From the IMG/VR virus record IMGVR_UViG_2909257012_000004: 54,350 nt of DNA; one strand, 5' to 3'. Below the pieces are notes generated by a model. The model did no database searches. It saw nothing but the letters and a program-made list of their open reading frames with translations, and was not told the DNA's origin. Below, one piece after another: positions 46,978 to 54,350 of the stretch (its first letter is position 1; each line of letters starts with the position of its first letter). Made by a program: the position numbers and the translations under genes. Origin of the DNA: a virus (Duplodnaviria > Heunggongvirae > Uroviricota > Caudoviricetes).

Positions 46978-49803
46978 ATGACAGTAAAAATTTCTGGCGT
47001 GCTTAAAGATGGCACAGGAAAACCAGTACAGAACTGCACCATTGTGCTGAAGGCCAGACGAACCAGCAGCACGGTGGTGGTGAACACGGTGGCCTCTGAA
47101 AATCCGGATGAAGCCGGACGTTACAGCATGGATGTTGAGCATGGTCAGTACAGCGTCACCCTGCTGGTTGAAGGTTTTCCGCCTTCACATGCCGGGACCA
47201 TTACCGTCTATGAAGGTTCCAGACCAGGTACGCTGAATGATTTTCTCGGTGCCATGACGGAGGATGATGTACGACCGGAGGCACTGCGCCGCTTTGAGCA
47301 GATGGTAGAAGAGGTGTCACGTAACGCCTCCGCGGTTGCACAGAATACGGCAGCCGCGAAAAAATCAGCCAGCGATGCCAGTGCATCAGCCAGCGAGGCG
47401 GCAACTCATGCAACCGATGCTGCAGCCTCATCACGTGCCGCCAGCACGTCAGCCGGACAGGCCGCGTCGTCGGCTCAGTCAGCGTCTTCCAGCGCAGGAA
47501 CGGCATCGACAAAGGCCCGTGAAGCAGCAAAAAGTGCTGCTGCTGCAGAGTCATCAAAAAGCGCGGCAGCTACCAGCGCCAGTGCCGCGAAAACGTCAGA
47601 AACGAATGCCGCAGCATCACAAAAATCGGCAGCCACTTCTGCATCCACAGCGACCACGAAGGCGTCAGAAGCTGCCACCTCGGCACGGGGTGCGGCGGCC
47701 TCAAAAGAGGCAGCGAAATCTTCAGAAACGAATGCATCATCAAGTGCCAGTAGTGCAGCTTCCTCGGCAACGGCGGCAGGAAATTCCGCGAAGGCGGCAA
47801 AAACGTCCGAGACGAACGCTAAGTCTTCTGAAACAGCAGCGGGACAGAGCGCCTCAGCTGCGGCAGGTTCAAAAACAGCGGCTGCATTATCTGCCAGTGC
47901 CGCGTCAACAAGTGCCGGGCAGGCCTCAGCCAGTGCCACCGCCGCCGGAAAATCGGCAGAAAGCGCCGCATCATCCGCTTCAACAGCCACAACGAAGGCT
48001 GGCAAAGCCACTGAGCAAGCCACTGCAGCAGCGAGGTCTGCTTCTGCAGCAAAAACCTCTGAAACAAATGCAAAGACTTCAGCAGACAATGCTGCTTCCT
48101 CTAAGGCGGCAGCCGCATCGTCAGCCAGTTCAGCGGCGTCATCGGCATCATCTGCGTCTGCTTCAAAAGATGAGGCGACCAGACAGGCGTCAGCAGCAAA
48201 GGGCAGCGCCACGACGGCATCCACGAAGGCGACAGAGGCAGCTGGCAGTGCGACGGCGGCAGCTCAGAGCAAAAGTACGGCGGAATCCGCGGCAACGCGC
48301 GCCGAGACAGCGGCAAAACGGGCAGAGGATATTGCATCCGCCGTGGCGCTTGAGGATGCGAGCACGACGAAAAAGGGGATAGTACAGCTCAGCAGTGCGA
48401 CCAACAGCACTTCCGAGTCACTGGCGGCAACGCCAAAAGCGGTTAAGGCGGTAATGGGTGAAACGAACAAGAAAGCGCCCTTAAATAGTCCTGCACTGAC
48501 CGGAACGCCAACAACACCAACTGCGCGACAGGGAACGAATAATACCCAAATCGCAAGCACGGCTTATGTTATGGCTGCGATCGCTGCCCTCGTGGACTCG
48601 TCGCCTGACGCACTGAATACGCTGAACGAGCTGGCTGCGGCGTTGGGCAACGACCCGAATTTTGCGACCACCATGACTAGCGCGCTTGCGGGTAAGCAAC
48701 CGAAAGATGCCACCCTGACGGCGCTGGCCGGGCTTGCTACTGCGGCAGACAGGTTTCCGTATTTTACGGGGAATGATGTTGCCAGTCTGGCAACCCTGAC
48801 AAAAGTTGGGCGGGATATTCTTGCGAAATCGACCGTTGCCGCCGTTATCGAATACCTCGGTTTACGAGAACTCGGCACAAGCGGGGAGAAAATACCGTTA
48901 CTCAGTACAGCGAATACCTGGACTAATCGACAAACATTCAGCGGTGGCCTTTCTGGTGAACTATCCGGCAATGCTTCTACAGCTGCAAAATTAAAAACTG
49001 CCAGGAAAATAAGCAATGTGGCTTTTGATGGTTCCTCCGATATCACATTAAAAGCAAGTCATGTTGGTGCGTTTGCCTTAGGGAAAACAGGAAGCACCGT
49101 TGCGAATGATAAAGCAGTTGGATGGAACTGGAGTAGCGGAGCCTATAACGCAACTATTAGTGGTGCATCAACGTTAATTATTCATTTTTATATGGGAGAA
49201 GGAAGTTGTCCTGCAGCTCAGTTTCGGATTAATTATAAAAATGGCGGTATTTTTTATCGTTCAGCCCGTGATGGTTATGGTTTTGAAGCCGACTGGTCCG
49301 AATTTTACACCACCACCAGAAAGCCTTCAGCAGGAGATGTTGGTGCACTGCCGTTATCTGGTGGTCAACTGAATGGTGCACTGGGTATCGGAACATCCAG
49401 TGCTCTTGGCGGTAATTCGATTGTATTGGGTGATAATGACACGGGCTTTAAACAAAATGGCGATGGTAATCTGGATGTTTATGCTAATAACGTCCATGTT
49501 ATGCGCTTTGTCTCCGGAAGCATTCAAAGTAATAAAACCATAAATATTACAGGGCGTGTTAACCCCTCGGATTACGGTAACTTTGATTCCCGTTATGTGA
49601 AAGATGTTCGACTTGGTTCACAGCAATATTATGGAGTGAACAACTGGCAAACATGGAATTTCCAGTGCCCTTCAGGTCATGTATTGTCTGGTATTAATGT
49701 TCAGGATACAGGGTCTAACTCTGCCGATAATATAGCGGGCGTTTATTACAGACCCGTTCAAAAGTATATAAATGGCACCTGGTATAATGTAGCGAGCGTT
49801 TAA
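46978..49803 (+). CDS. Side tail fibre protein: constant N-terminal part with a long Ala/Ser-rich repeat region, variable C-terminal part inside an invertible segment
   Basis: 941-aa ORF with a low-complexity region (~47320-48360) and an invertase crossover site at 48845-48870; followed by tfa. Confidence 0.85.
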   Translation: MTVKISGVLKDGTGKPVQNCTIVLKARRTSSTVVVNTVASENPDEAGRYSMDVEHGQYSVTLLVEGFPPSHAGTITVYEGSRPGTLNDFLGAMTEDDVRPEALRRFEQMVEEVSRNASAVAQNTAAAKKSASDASASASEAATHATDAAASSRAASTSAGQAASSAQSASSSAGTASTKAREAAKSAAAAESSKSAAATSASAAKTSETNAAASQKSAATSASTATTKASEAATSARGAAASKEAAKSSETNASSSASSAASSATAAGNSAKAAKTSETNAKSSETAAGQSASAAAGSKTAAALSASAASTSAGQASASATAAGKSAESAASSASTATTKAGKATEQATAAARSASAAKTSETNAKTSADNAASSKAAAASSASSAASSASSASASKDEATRQASAAKGSATTASTKATEAAGSATAAAQSKSTAESAATRAETAAKRAEDIASAVALEDASTTKKGIVQLSSATNSTSESLAATPKAVKAVMGETNKKAPLNSPALTGTPTTPTARQGTNNTQIASTAYVMAAIAALVDSSPDALNTLNELAAALGNDPNFATTMTSALAGKQPKDATLTALAGLATAADRFPYFTGNDVASLATLTKVGRDILAKSTVAAVIEYLGLRELGTSGEKIPLLSTANTWTNRQTFSGGLSGELSGNASTAAKLKTARKISNVAFDGSSDITLKASHVGAFALGKTGSTVANDKAVGWNWSSGAYNATISGASTLIIHFYMGEGSCPAAQFRINYKNGGIFYRSARDGYGFEADWSEFYTTTRKPSAGDVGALPLSGGQLNGALGIGTSSALGGNSIVLGDNDTGFKQNGDGNLDVYANNVHVMRFVSGSIQSNKTINITGRVNPSDYGNFDSRYVKDVRLGSQQYYGVNNWQTWNFQCPSGHVLSGINVQDTGSNSADNIAGVYYRPVQKYINGTWYNVASV
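48845..48870. other. Left crossover site of the invertible tail-fibre segment (gix/pix-like): TTATCGAATACCTCGGTTTACGAGAA
   Basis: 26-bp match to the recalled Gin/Pin recombination-site consensus, in inverted orientation to the site at 51926-51951. Confidence 0.7.
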
Positions 49804-49804
49804 T

Positions 49805-50338
49805 ATGATGCACTTAAAGAACATAAAAGCGGGTAATGCTAAAACACTGGAACAGTATGAGTTAACAAAGAAACACGGAGTTATCTGGCTTTACTCTGAG
49901 GACGGAAAAAACTGGTATGAGGAAGTGAAAAACTTTCAGCCAGACACCATAAAGATTGTTTACGATGAAAATAATATTATTGTTGCCATAACCAAAGATG
50001 CCTCCACACTTAACCCTGAAGGTTATAGCGTCGTTGAGATTCCTGATATTACCGCCAACCGGCGTGCTGACGACTCAGGTAAATGGATGTTTAAAGATGG
50101 CGCAGTCATTAAACGTGTATATACCGAAGAAGAGTTGCGCCTACAGACGGAAAACCAGAAAAAAATATTATTACAGCAGGCCAGAGAAAAAACGCAGTTC
50201 TGGCAAACACAGCTTACTTTGGGGATTATCACTGATTCAGACAGACAGCAACTGATGAACTGGATGCGATACGTGCAACAGGTTGAGACAACTGATACCT
50301 CGGTTCTTCCTGTAACATTCCCGGAACCACCAGAATAA
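49805..50338 (+). CDS. Tail fibre assembly chaperone (Tfa)
   Basis: 177-aa ORF directly after the fibre gene. Confidence 0.85.
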   Translation: MMHLKNIKAGNAKTLEQYELTKKHGVIWLYSEDGKNWYEEVKNFQPDTIKIVYDENNIIVAITKDASTLNPEGYSVVEIPDITANRRADDSGKWMFKDGAVIKRVYTEEELRLQTENQKKILLQQAREKTQFWQTQLTLGIITDSDRQQLMNWMRYVQQVETTDTSVLPVTFPEPPE

Positions 50339-50339
50339 G

Positions 50340-50362
50340 AAAAGGCCCGTACGGGCCTTAAT
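50340..50362. terminator. Bidirectional terminator hairpin between the convergent tfa genes
   Basis: AAGGCCCGTACGGGCCTT perfect stem-loop. Confidence 0.6.
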
Positions 50363-50368
50363 TTGTTG

Positions 50369-50896
50369 TTATTCTGGTTTCTGTGGCCATTCAGGCTTTG
50401 CAGTATCCACACGGCTGACCATAACGCTGTAGCGTTCCCATGATTCCAGTCGTGTGCGTTCCTCATCAGTTGCCATATTCAGTCTGACAGCACGTTCCAG
50501 CGGTTGAATCACAGACTCCGCTTCGGAAAGCAAAGCGGCTTTTTGTAACTCTGCCTGCTGTTGCAGTTCCTGTTTTGTATATTCCCGCTTTACTACTTTA
50601 CCATCCAGAAACTTCCAGTTTCCCGAGATATCGGCGCGACGGTTGGCTGTTATATTCGGTAACTCAACAACACTTAACCCGTCAGGGTTAAGTGTTGATA
50701 CGTCTTTCTCAATACAACGAATAATCCCCTTCTGGTCATAAGCTATTTTTAAAGTATCATCCTGAAAGTTTTTTAATTCGTCATACCAGTTTTTACCGTC
50801 TTCTGTATATAGCCAGATAACGCCAGCTTTTTTCGTAAGCTGATACTGCTCAATGGTTTTGGGGTTTCCGGCGGTAATATTTTTCAGATGTTGCAT
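50369..50896 (-). CDS. Alternative tail fibre assembly chaperone (Tfa-prime), opposite orientation
   Basis: 175-aa paralogue of the plus-strand Tfa ([23 protein letters not shown]...). Confidence 0.8.
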   Translation of the reverse strand: MQHLKNITAGNPKTIEQYQLTKKAGVIWLYTEDGKNWYDELKNFQDDTLKIAYDQKGIIRCIEKDVSTLNPDGLSVVELPNITANRRADISGNWKFLDGKVVKREYTKQELQQQAELQKAALLSEAESVIQPLERAVRLNMATDEERTRLESWERYSVMVSRVDTAKPEWPQKPE

Positions 50897-50911
50897 ATAT
50901 TCTCCTGATGG

Positions 50912-51938
50912 CTATGCCTGTTCAACGTTATACCAGTTACCAGAAATGTATTTTTGTAGTGGTCGTGACACCATCCAGTCATCTCCATCAACCTCACCAA
51001 TAATTTGCAATCCTGTTGTCACATGACCATTACCTGGTTCGCAAAGTCCTCCGCGATATAATGTGTCAGAACGTCTGCCTCCCAGACGCACATTTCTGAT
51101 AAAAGAACTATTCAGGTAATCATTTAAGTTTGACCCCCAGCACCCACCAAATATATTTCCATCGGTGTTATAACGGACGCCACCCGCAATAAGAGCACCC
51201 GGTGAAATAAAGGATTTATCGTTCGGGTTAAACTGCCATAAAGCATCATTACCGCCATCGCCACGCATATGAATACATGGAACCGGAAATCCATACTGTT
51301 CTGTCAGTAAATACCCAAAGCTGACCGCGCCGGGATAGCCCTGTCCATTGCGAATGGACAAGCCCTTAACTATCGGCACGTAAAGACCACCAGGAGTGGG
51401 ATTCCAGGCAAACTGCGTCTGAACAAAAGGCGCGGTGGCATTATTCAACTGGTCTGCAAATGCGCCACTTCCATCAGGAATTATTCCCTGATGAATATAT
51501 GCAACCCGCTTATAAAAATCAGCAGATGCGGGTTGAAGCCCAAATGCCAGTTGTCCATTTGAATAGAATAAAAGGACACCGTCGCCGCCCTGTTTAATAC
51601 CAGTGTCGTTATCTCCGAGAGTAATGGAATTACCGCCCAGTGCGTTATCTGTACCAAGCGCCAGCCCACCATCAATTTTGGCCCCGTGGCTGACAGATAT
51701 AGCACCTGTTCTCAGATTTATAGCGAATGGCCTTAATGGGCCGATATCACCGTTTTCGCCTTGTCCTTCAGCCGTCGGAATGAAATGAAGAAAATCTTCT
51801 GAACGACGGAAAATAAGACCGAAGGCATCATTGAAAATTCGCAGCGCATTCACCGTGCCAATTTTCAGTTCTCCGGTCATTTTATCGCCGGAACGCTGAA
51901 CGGCGTTACCAGCCTTGTTTACCGTTTCCTGTAAACCG
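50912..51938 (-). CDS. Alternative tail-fibre C-terminal segment (currently unexpressed orientation)
   Basis: Minus-strand frame is open from the crossover site through 50912; the six-frame track shows it as a 322-aa ORF from its first Met at 51880. The segment has no start of its own and is in frame with the constant fibre part only after inversion. Confidence 0.7.
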
Positions 51939-51951
51939 AGGTTTTAGATAA
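51926..51951. other. Right crossover site of the invertible segment: TTCCTGTAAACCGAGGTTTTAGATAA
   Basis: Near-identity to the recalled gix consensus, immediately upstream of the invertase remnant. Confidence 0.75.
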
Positions 51952-52004
51952 TGGCGGTTTCTGGCCTGCATGGCATGATTTGTGCTTTTGGACGGGAGAT
52001 TCAG

Positions 52005-52188
52005 CGTGCTGATTGGCTATGTAAGGGTATCAACAAATGACCAGAATACAGATCTGCAACGAAACGCTCTTGTTTGTGCAGGATATGAACAAATATTTGA
52101 AGATAAATTAAGCGGAACAAGGACAGGCCGACCTGGATTAAAACGTGCTTTAAAGCGCCTTCAAAAAGGTGACGCACTGGTTGTCTGA
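52005..52188 (+). pseudogene. DNA invertase (Pin/Gin/Hin serine recombinase) N-terminal remnant, truncated after about 61 codons
   Basis: VLIGYVRVSTNDQNTDLQRNALVCAGYEQIFEDKLSGTRTGRPGLKRALKRLQKGDALVV then stop; downstream sequence is fused to a tfa 3' fragment. Confidence 0.75.
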
Positions 52189-52248
52189 AAACTGGACTGA
52201 CTGGTTCACTGTATGCGGCATCTTGTCGTGCTGGTGGTGGAAGCCTAG

Positions 52249-52382
52249 AAAAAGTATCGGGTGTTACTGAACCGTGTTGATACATCAACTGCACCTGATA
52301 TTGAGTGGCCTACGAACCCTGTCAGGGAGTAATCATTGGGATTATGCCGCAGCACGTCTTAAGCAAGAACGTGCTGCGGTTG
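52249..52382. repeat. Direct repeat copy A (~134 bp; tfa 3'-end sequence plus downstream palindrome)
   Basis: About 90% identical by eye to 53300-53432. Confidence 0.7.
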
Positions 52383-52386
52383 GATG

Positions 52387-53055
52387 CTATTTTTTCCCTG
52401 AAGCGGAAAACATTACTACAGTACCTTGAACCTTGGTTTTAACATTCTCGAAATGCTCTGAGAGTATATGTGTTAAGCCTTCTTCGGAATCTTTTGTGTT
52501 TGAAAAGATGCCTTTCTGATTGTAAATGCGCATCAGTTTTTGACCGAAGCTATTGTGCACAACTCCATCGCCAAGAATTGTGGCTCCGTATAGAGTTCCA
52601 TCGTCAGTTAAGGCCTGCGCCGCATTGCGTATTACACAGCTTTTTGTAGATATATTTCCAGGCAGGCAGTGAAGAAGGTAAAACATGGAAATGGAATCAA
52701 ATTGACCATGTAACGCCGCGGGATAAGGTTCAAAAACATCATGGCTAATTTTATGTTTAATTTTTGATTCCCCAGCCCTTGTAGATGCCGCGTTCAGGCT
52801 AGCTTCGTTCAAATCCATTAAAGATATCAGACTACTCTCAGGTACGTGAGTAAGGTAAAACCCAGTTCCAACACCAATATCCAGATGGTTGTTACCTACA
52901 TGTTCCAGAAAGTGTGGAAGAAGGTGTTCCTTTGTAGGACATCCCCATGCAAGCCGATTTGATACTCCCAAAACCCACCAGTCATAAAGCTTTAGGGTAA
53001 GTGGTGTGTAAATTTTAGCCCCATCATCTGTGTTTTTTTTCATTGATTTCACCAT
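52387..53055 (-). CDS. Class I SAM-dependent methyltransferase (cargo gene, visibly AT-rich)
   Basis: Rossmann-fold SAM motifs LDIGVGTGFY, LMDLN and FDSISMFYLLHCLP; no DPPY/NPPY or PCQ DNA-methylase motif. Confidence 0.7.
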   Translation of the reverse strand: MVKSMKKNTDDGAKIYTPLTLKLYDWWVLGVSNRLAWGCPTKEHLLPHFLEHVGNNHLDIGVGTGFYLTHVPESSLISLMDLNEASLNAASTRAGESKIKHKISHDVFEPYPAALHGQFDSISMFYLLHCLPGNISTKSCVIRNAAQALTDDGTLYGATILGDGVVHNSFGQKLMRIYNQKGIFSNTKDSEEGLTHILSEHFENVKTKVQGTVVMFSASGKK

Positions 53056-53111
53056 GTTATAGTTTTATTTGTGAATTAAATCAATTATGGCGATGAATTA
53101 CAAGGGGTTAA

Positions 53112-53381
53112 ATGCTGCCGCAGCATAGCGATATTGAAATAGCCTGGTATGCTTCGATACAGCAGGAGCCGAATGGCTGGAAGACCGTCACCACACAGTT
53201 CTACATCCAGGAATTCAGTGAGTATATTGCGCCACTGCAGGATGCTGTAGATCTGGAAATCGCAACGGAGGAAGAAAGATCGTTGCTGGAGGCATGGAAT
53301 AAATATCGGGTATTGTTGAATCGTGTTGATACATCAACTGCACCTGATATTGAGTGGCCTGCAAATCCTGTCAGGGAGTAA
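53112..53381 (+). pseudogene. Tail fibre assembly protein C-terminal fragment
   Basis: Only the C-terminal ~89 aa of a Tfa (…[19 protein letters not shown]); overlaps direct repeat copy B. Confidence 0.6.
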
Positions 53382-53432
53382 TCATTGGGATTATGCCGCA
53401 GACACGTCGTATGCAGGAACGTGCTGCGGTTA
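53300..53432. repeat. Direct repeat copy B (~134 bp)
   Basis: Matches 52249-52382. Confidence 0.7.
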
Positions 53433-53792
53433 GTTTGTGAGCTTTCGATAGTGGTTGTTATTTTTGCCCTTATTTGTTCCGGAGGCCATGGTTCAATGGT
53501 CCGTCTGCCCCCTGTGGTGATGTCAGCAAAATCAGCCACTGCGCGAACCACAATAGCCCGGGAAGATGCTGAAGATCACCAGGTAAAGCTGTCAGCGCAG
53601 AAACTGGAAGAACTGCTCGCATCAATGGTTAAGGATGAGGTTGATCGCAATGATGGGATTTATTGACGTCAGCGAGAGCAGAAGGAAGAACTGAATAACC
53701 TGAATGATTTACGCTCAATCAGAGCGATGGCGATTAGCGGCAATCACGCTCGATAAAATTAACCCCGGTGATCATCCGGGGTTTTGCATTCA

Positions 53793-54350
53793 TTAAAACC
53801 GCATCAACCTTTCCACCAATTGTTCTTTACGGGCAACGATCCACCCATGTTGCTCCAGATAAAATTTAAACCGTTCCAGCGTGCATACCATCGCATCGGC
53901 GGGGACTTTTTCTGTGAACTCGACCTGACCGTGTTTATCGAAGTGGATCAGTAATGCGCATCCATTATTTGGGGCGGGGGAGTTTTGTGCTGCAGGAGGA
54001 CGTTTGTGGAGTTCTTCTTCCATTGCGTTAAATTTTTCAATGTAAGCTTCTTTTAGTCTGGCTGCTTTTTTGCCAGTAAATCCCATTACGAGGAACATGA
54101 AGCCGTCTTTTGTGATCAGGTAGCATCGTGATTCACGTTCTGCGCCGTTGCCAATTTCGACAGTCTGAACATCGGCCGAAAAGTTGGCTGATGTAAATTC
54201 GGGAGAGCAGTCGAGTGTGTCAATCTTAGCTAAAACGTGTTTATGTTGTTTATCGAAGTAGTCGGCAACAGCTTGAGAGGTGGTAACCAGGCGACCATCT
54301 TTGAAAAAGACTTTTGGTGACTCGTTAGAAAAAGTTATAGCTGTATTCAT
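53793..54350 (-). CDS. Rha-family phage regulatory protein; its start codon is the last three bases of the window
   Basis: 185-aa ORF with Rha-like N-terminus; a hairpin AACCCCGGTGATCATCCGGGGTTTT lies at 53762-53786 past its stop. Confidence 0.7.
   Translation of the reverse strand: MNTAITFSNESPKVFFKDGRLVTTSQAVADYFDKQHKHVLAKIDTLDCSPEFTSANFSADVQTVEIGNGAERESRCYLITKDGFMFLVMGFTGKKAARLKEAYIEKFNAMEEELHKRPPAAQNSPAPNNGCALLIHFDKHGQVEFTEKVPADAMVCTLERFKFYLEQHGWIVARKEQLVERLMRF

Noticed and set aside
47336-48382. 348-aa plus-strand ORF and a 249-aa minus-strand ORF (47475-48224) inside the tail fibre gene
   Set aside because: They lie in other frames or antisense within the Ala/Ser-rich repeat region, which keeps frames open by composition alone. 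Their translations are low-complexity Arg/Pro/Gln or Ala/Asp runs.
53385-53666. 93-aa ORF between the tfa fragment and Rha
   Set aside because: The first half reads through repeat copy B and looks non-coding. Only a ~55-aa C-terminal portion with a GGAGG site (MVRLPPVV…) might be real, which is too uncertain to annotate.
1-54350. CRISPR arrays
   Set aside because: No array of short direct repeats with unique spacers was seen. The repeats present are iterons, IS terminal repeats, coding tandem repeats and the tfa-derived direct repeats.

Overview
This window is a near-complete lambdoid (Qin-like early region, phage-21/Stx-phage-like late region) siphovirus prophage of an E. coli-like Enterobacteriaceae host. 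Gene order, left to right: integrase and excisionase (minus strand; the window starts at the int stop codon, so the attachment site is outside it), a large DEDDh exonuclease, the leftward ydfA-ydfB-ydfC-dicF-dicB-ydfD operon, a CI-like/Cro-like immunity switch with GTAAC-N4-GTTAC operators, an O-like initiator with in-gene iterons and a DnaC-like loader, a nin-like region (QueH, mok/hok, Rem, YdfU, RusA, Q), then a late region with an orphan DNA N6-adenine methyltransferase, two tRNAs, a cargo slot without stx that carries an unassigned ORF and an IS1 with a perfect 9-bp target duplication, and the NanS-p esterase. The lysis cassette (S21-type pinholin, SAR endolysin, Rz/Rz1) is interrupted by several extra ORFs. 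The structural module is HK97-like: HNH, terS, terL, protease-capsid fusion, an unusually long portal with tandem repeats, head-tail connectors, a tail module with a -1 frameshift chaperone, tape measure, M/L/K/I/J. lom is split by an IS21-family element, the side tail fibre has a Mu-G-like invertible segment whose invertase is a truncated remnant, and a low-GC SAM-methyltransferase cargo gene sits between ~134-bp direct repeats before a terminal Rha regulator. No CRISPR array and no Shiga toxin genes were seen. Family assignments come from motif reading and recalled homologues, not database searches; coordinates of sub-ORF starts are my own codon counting.
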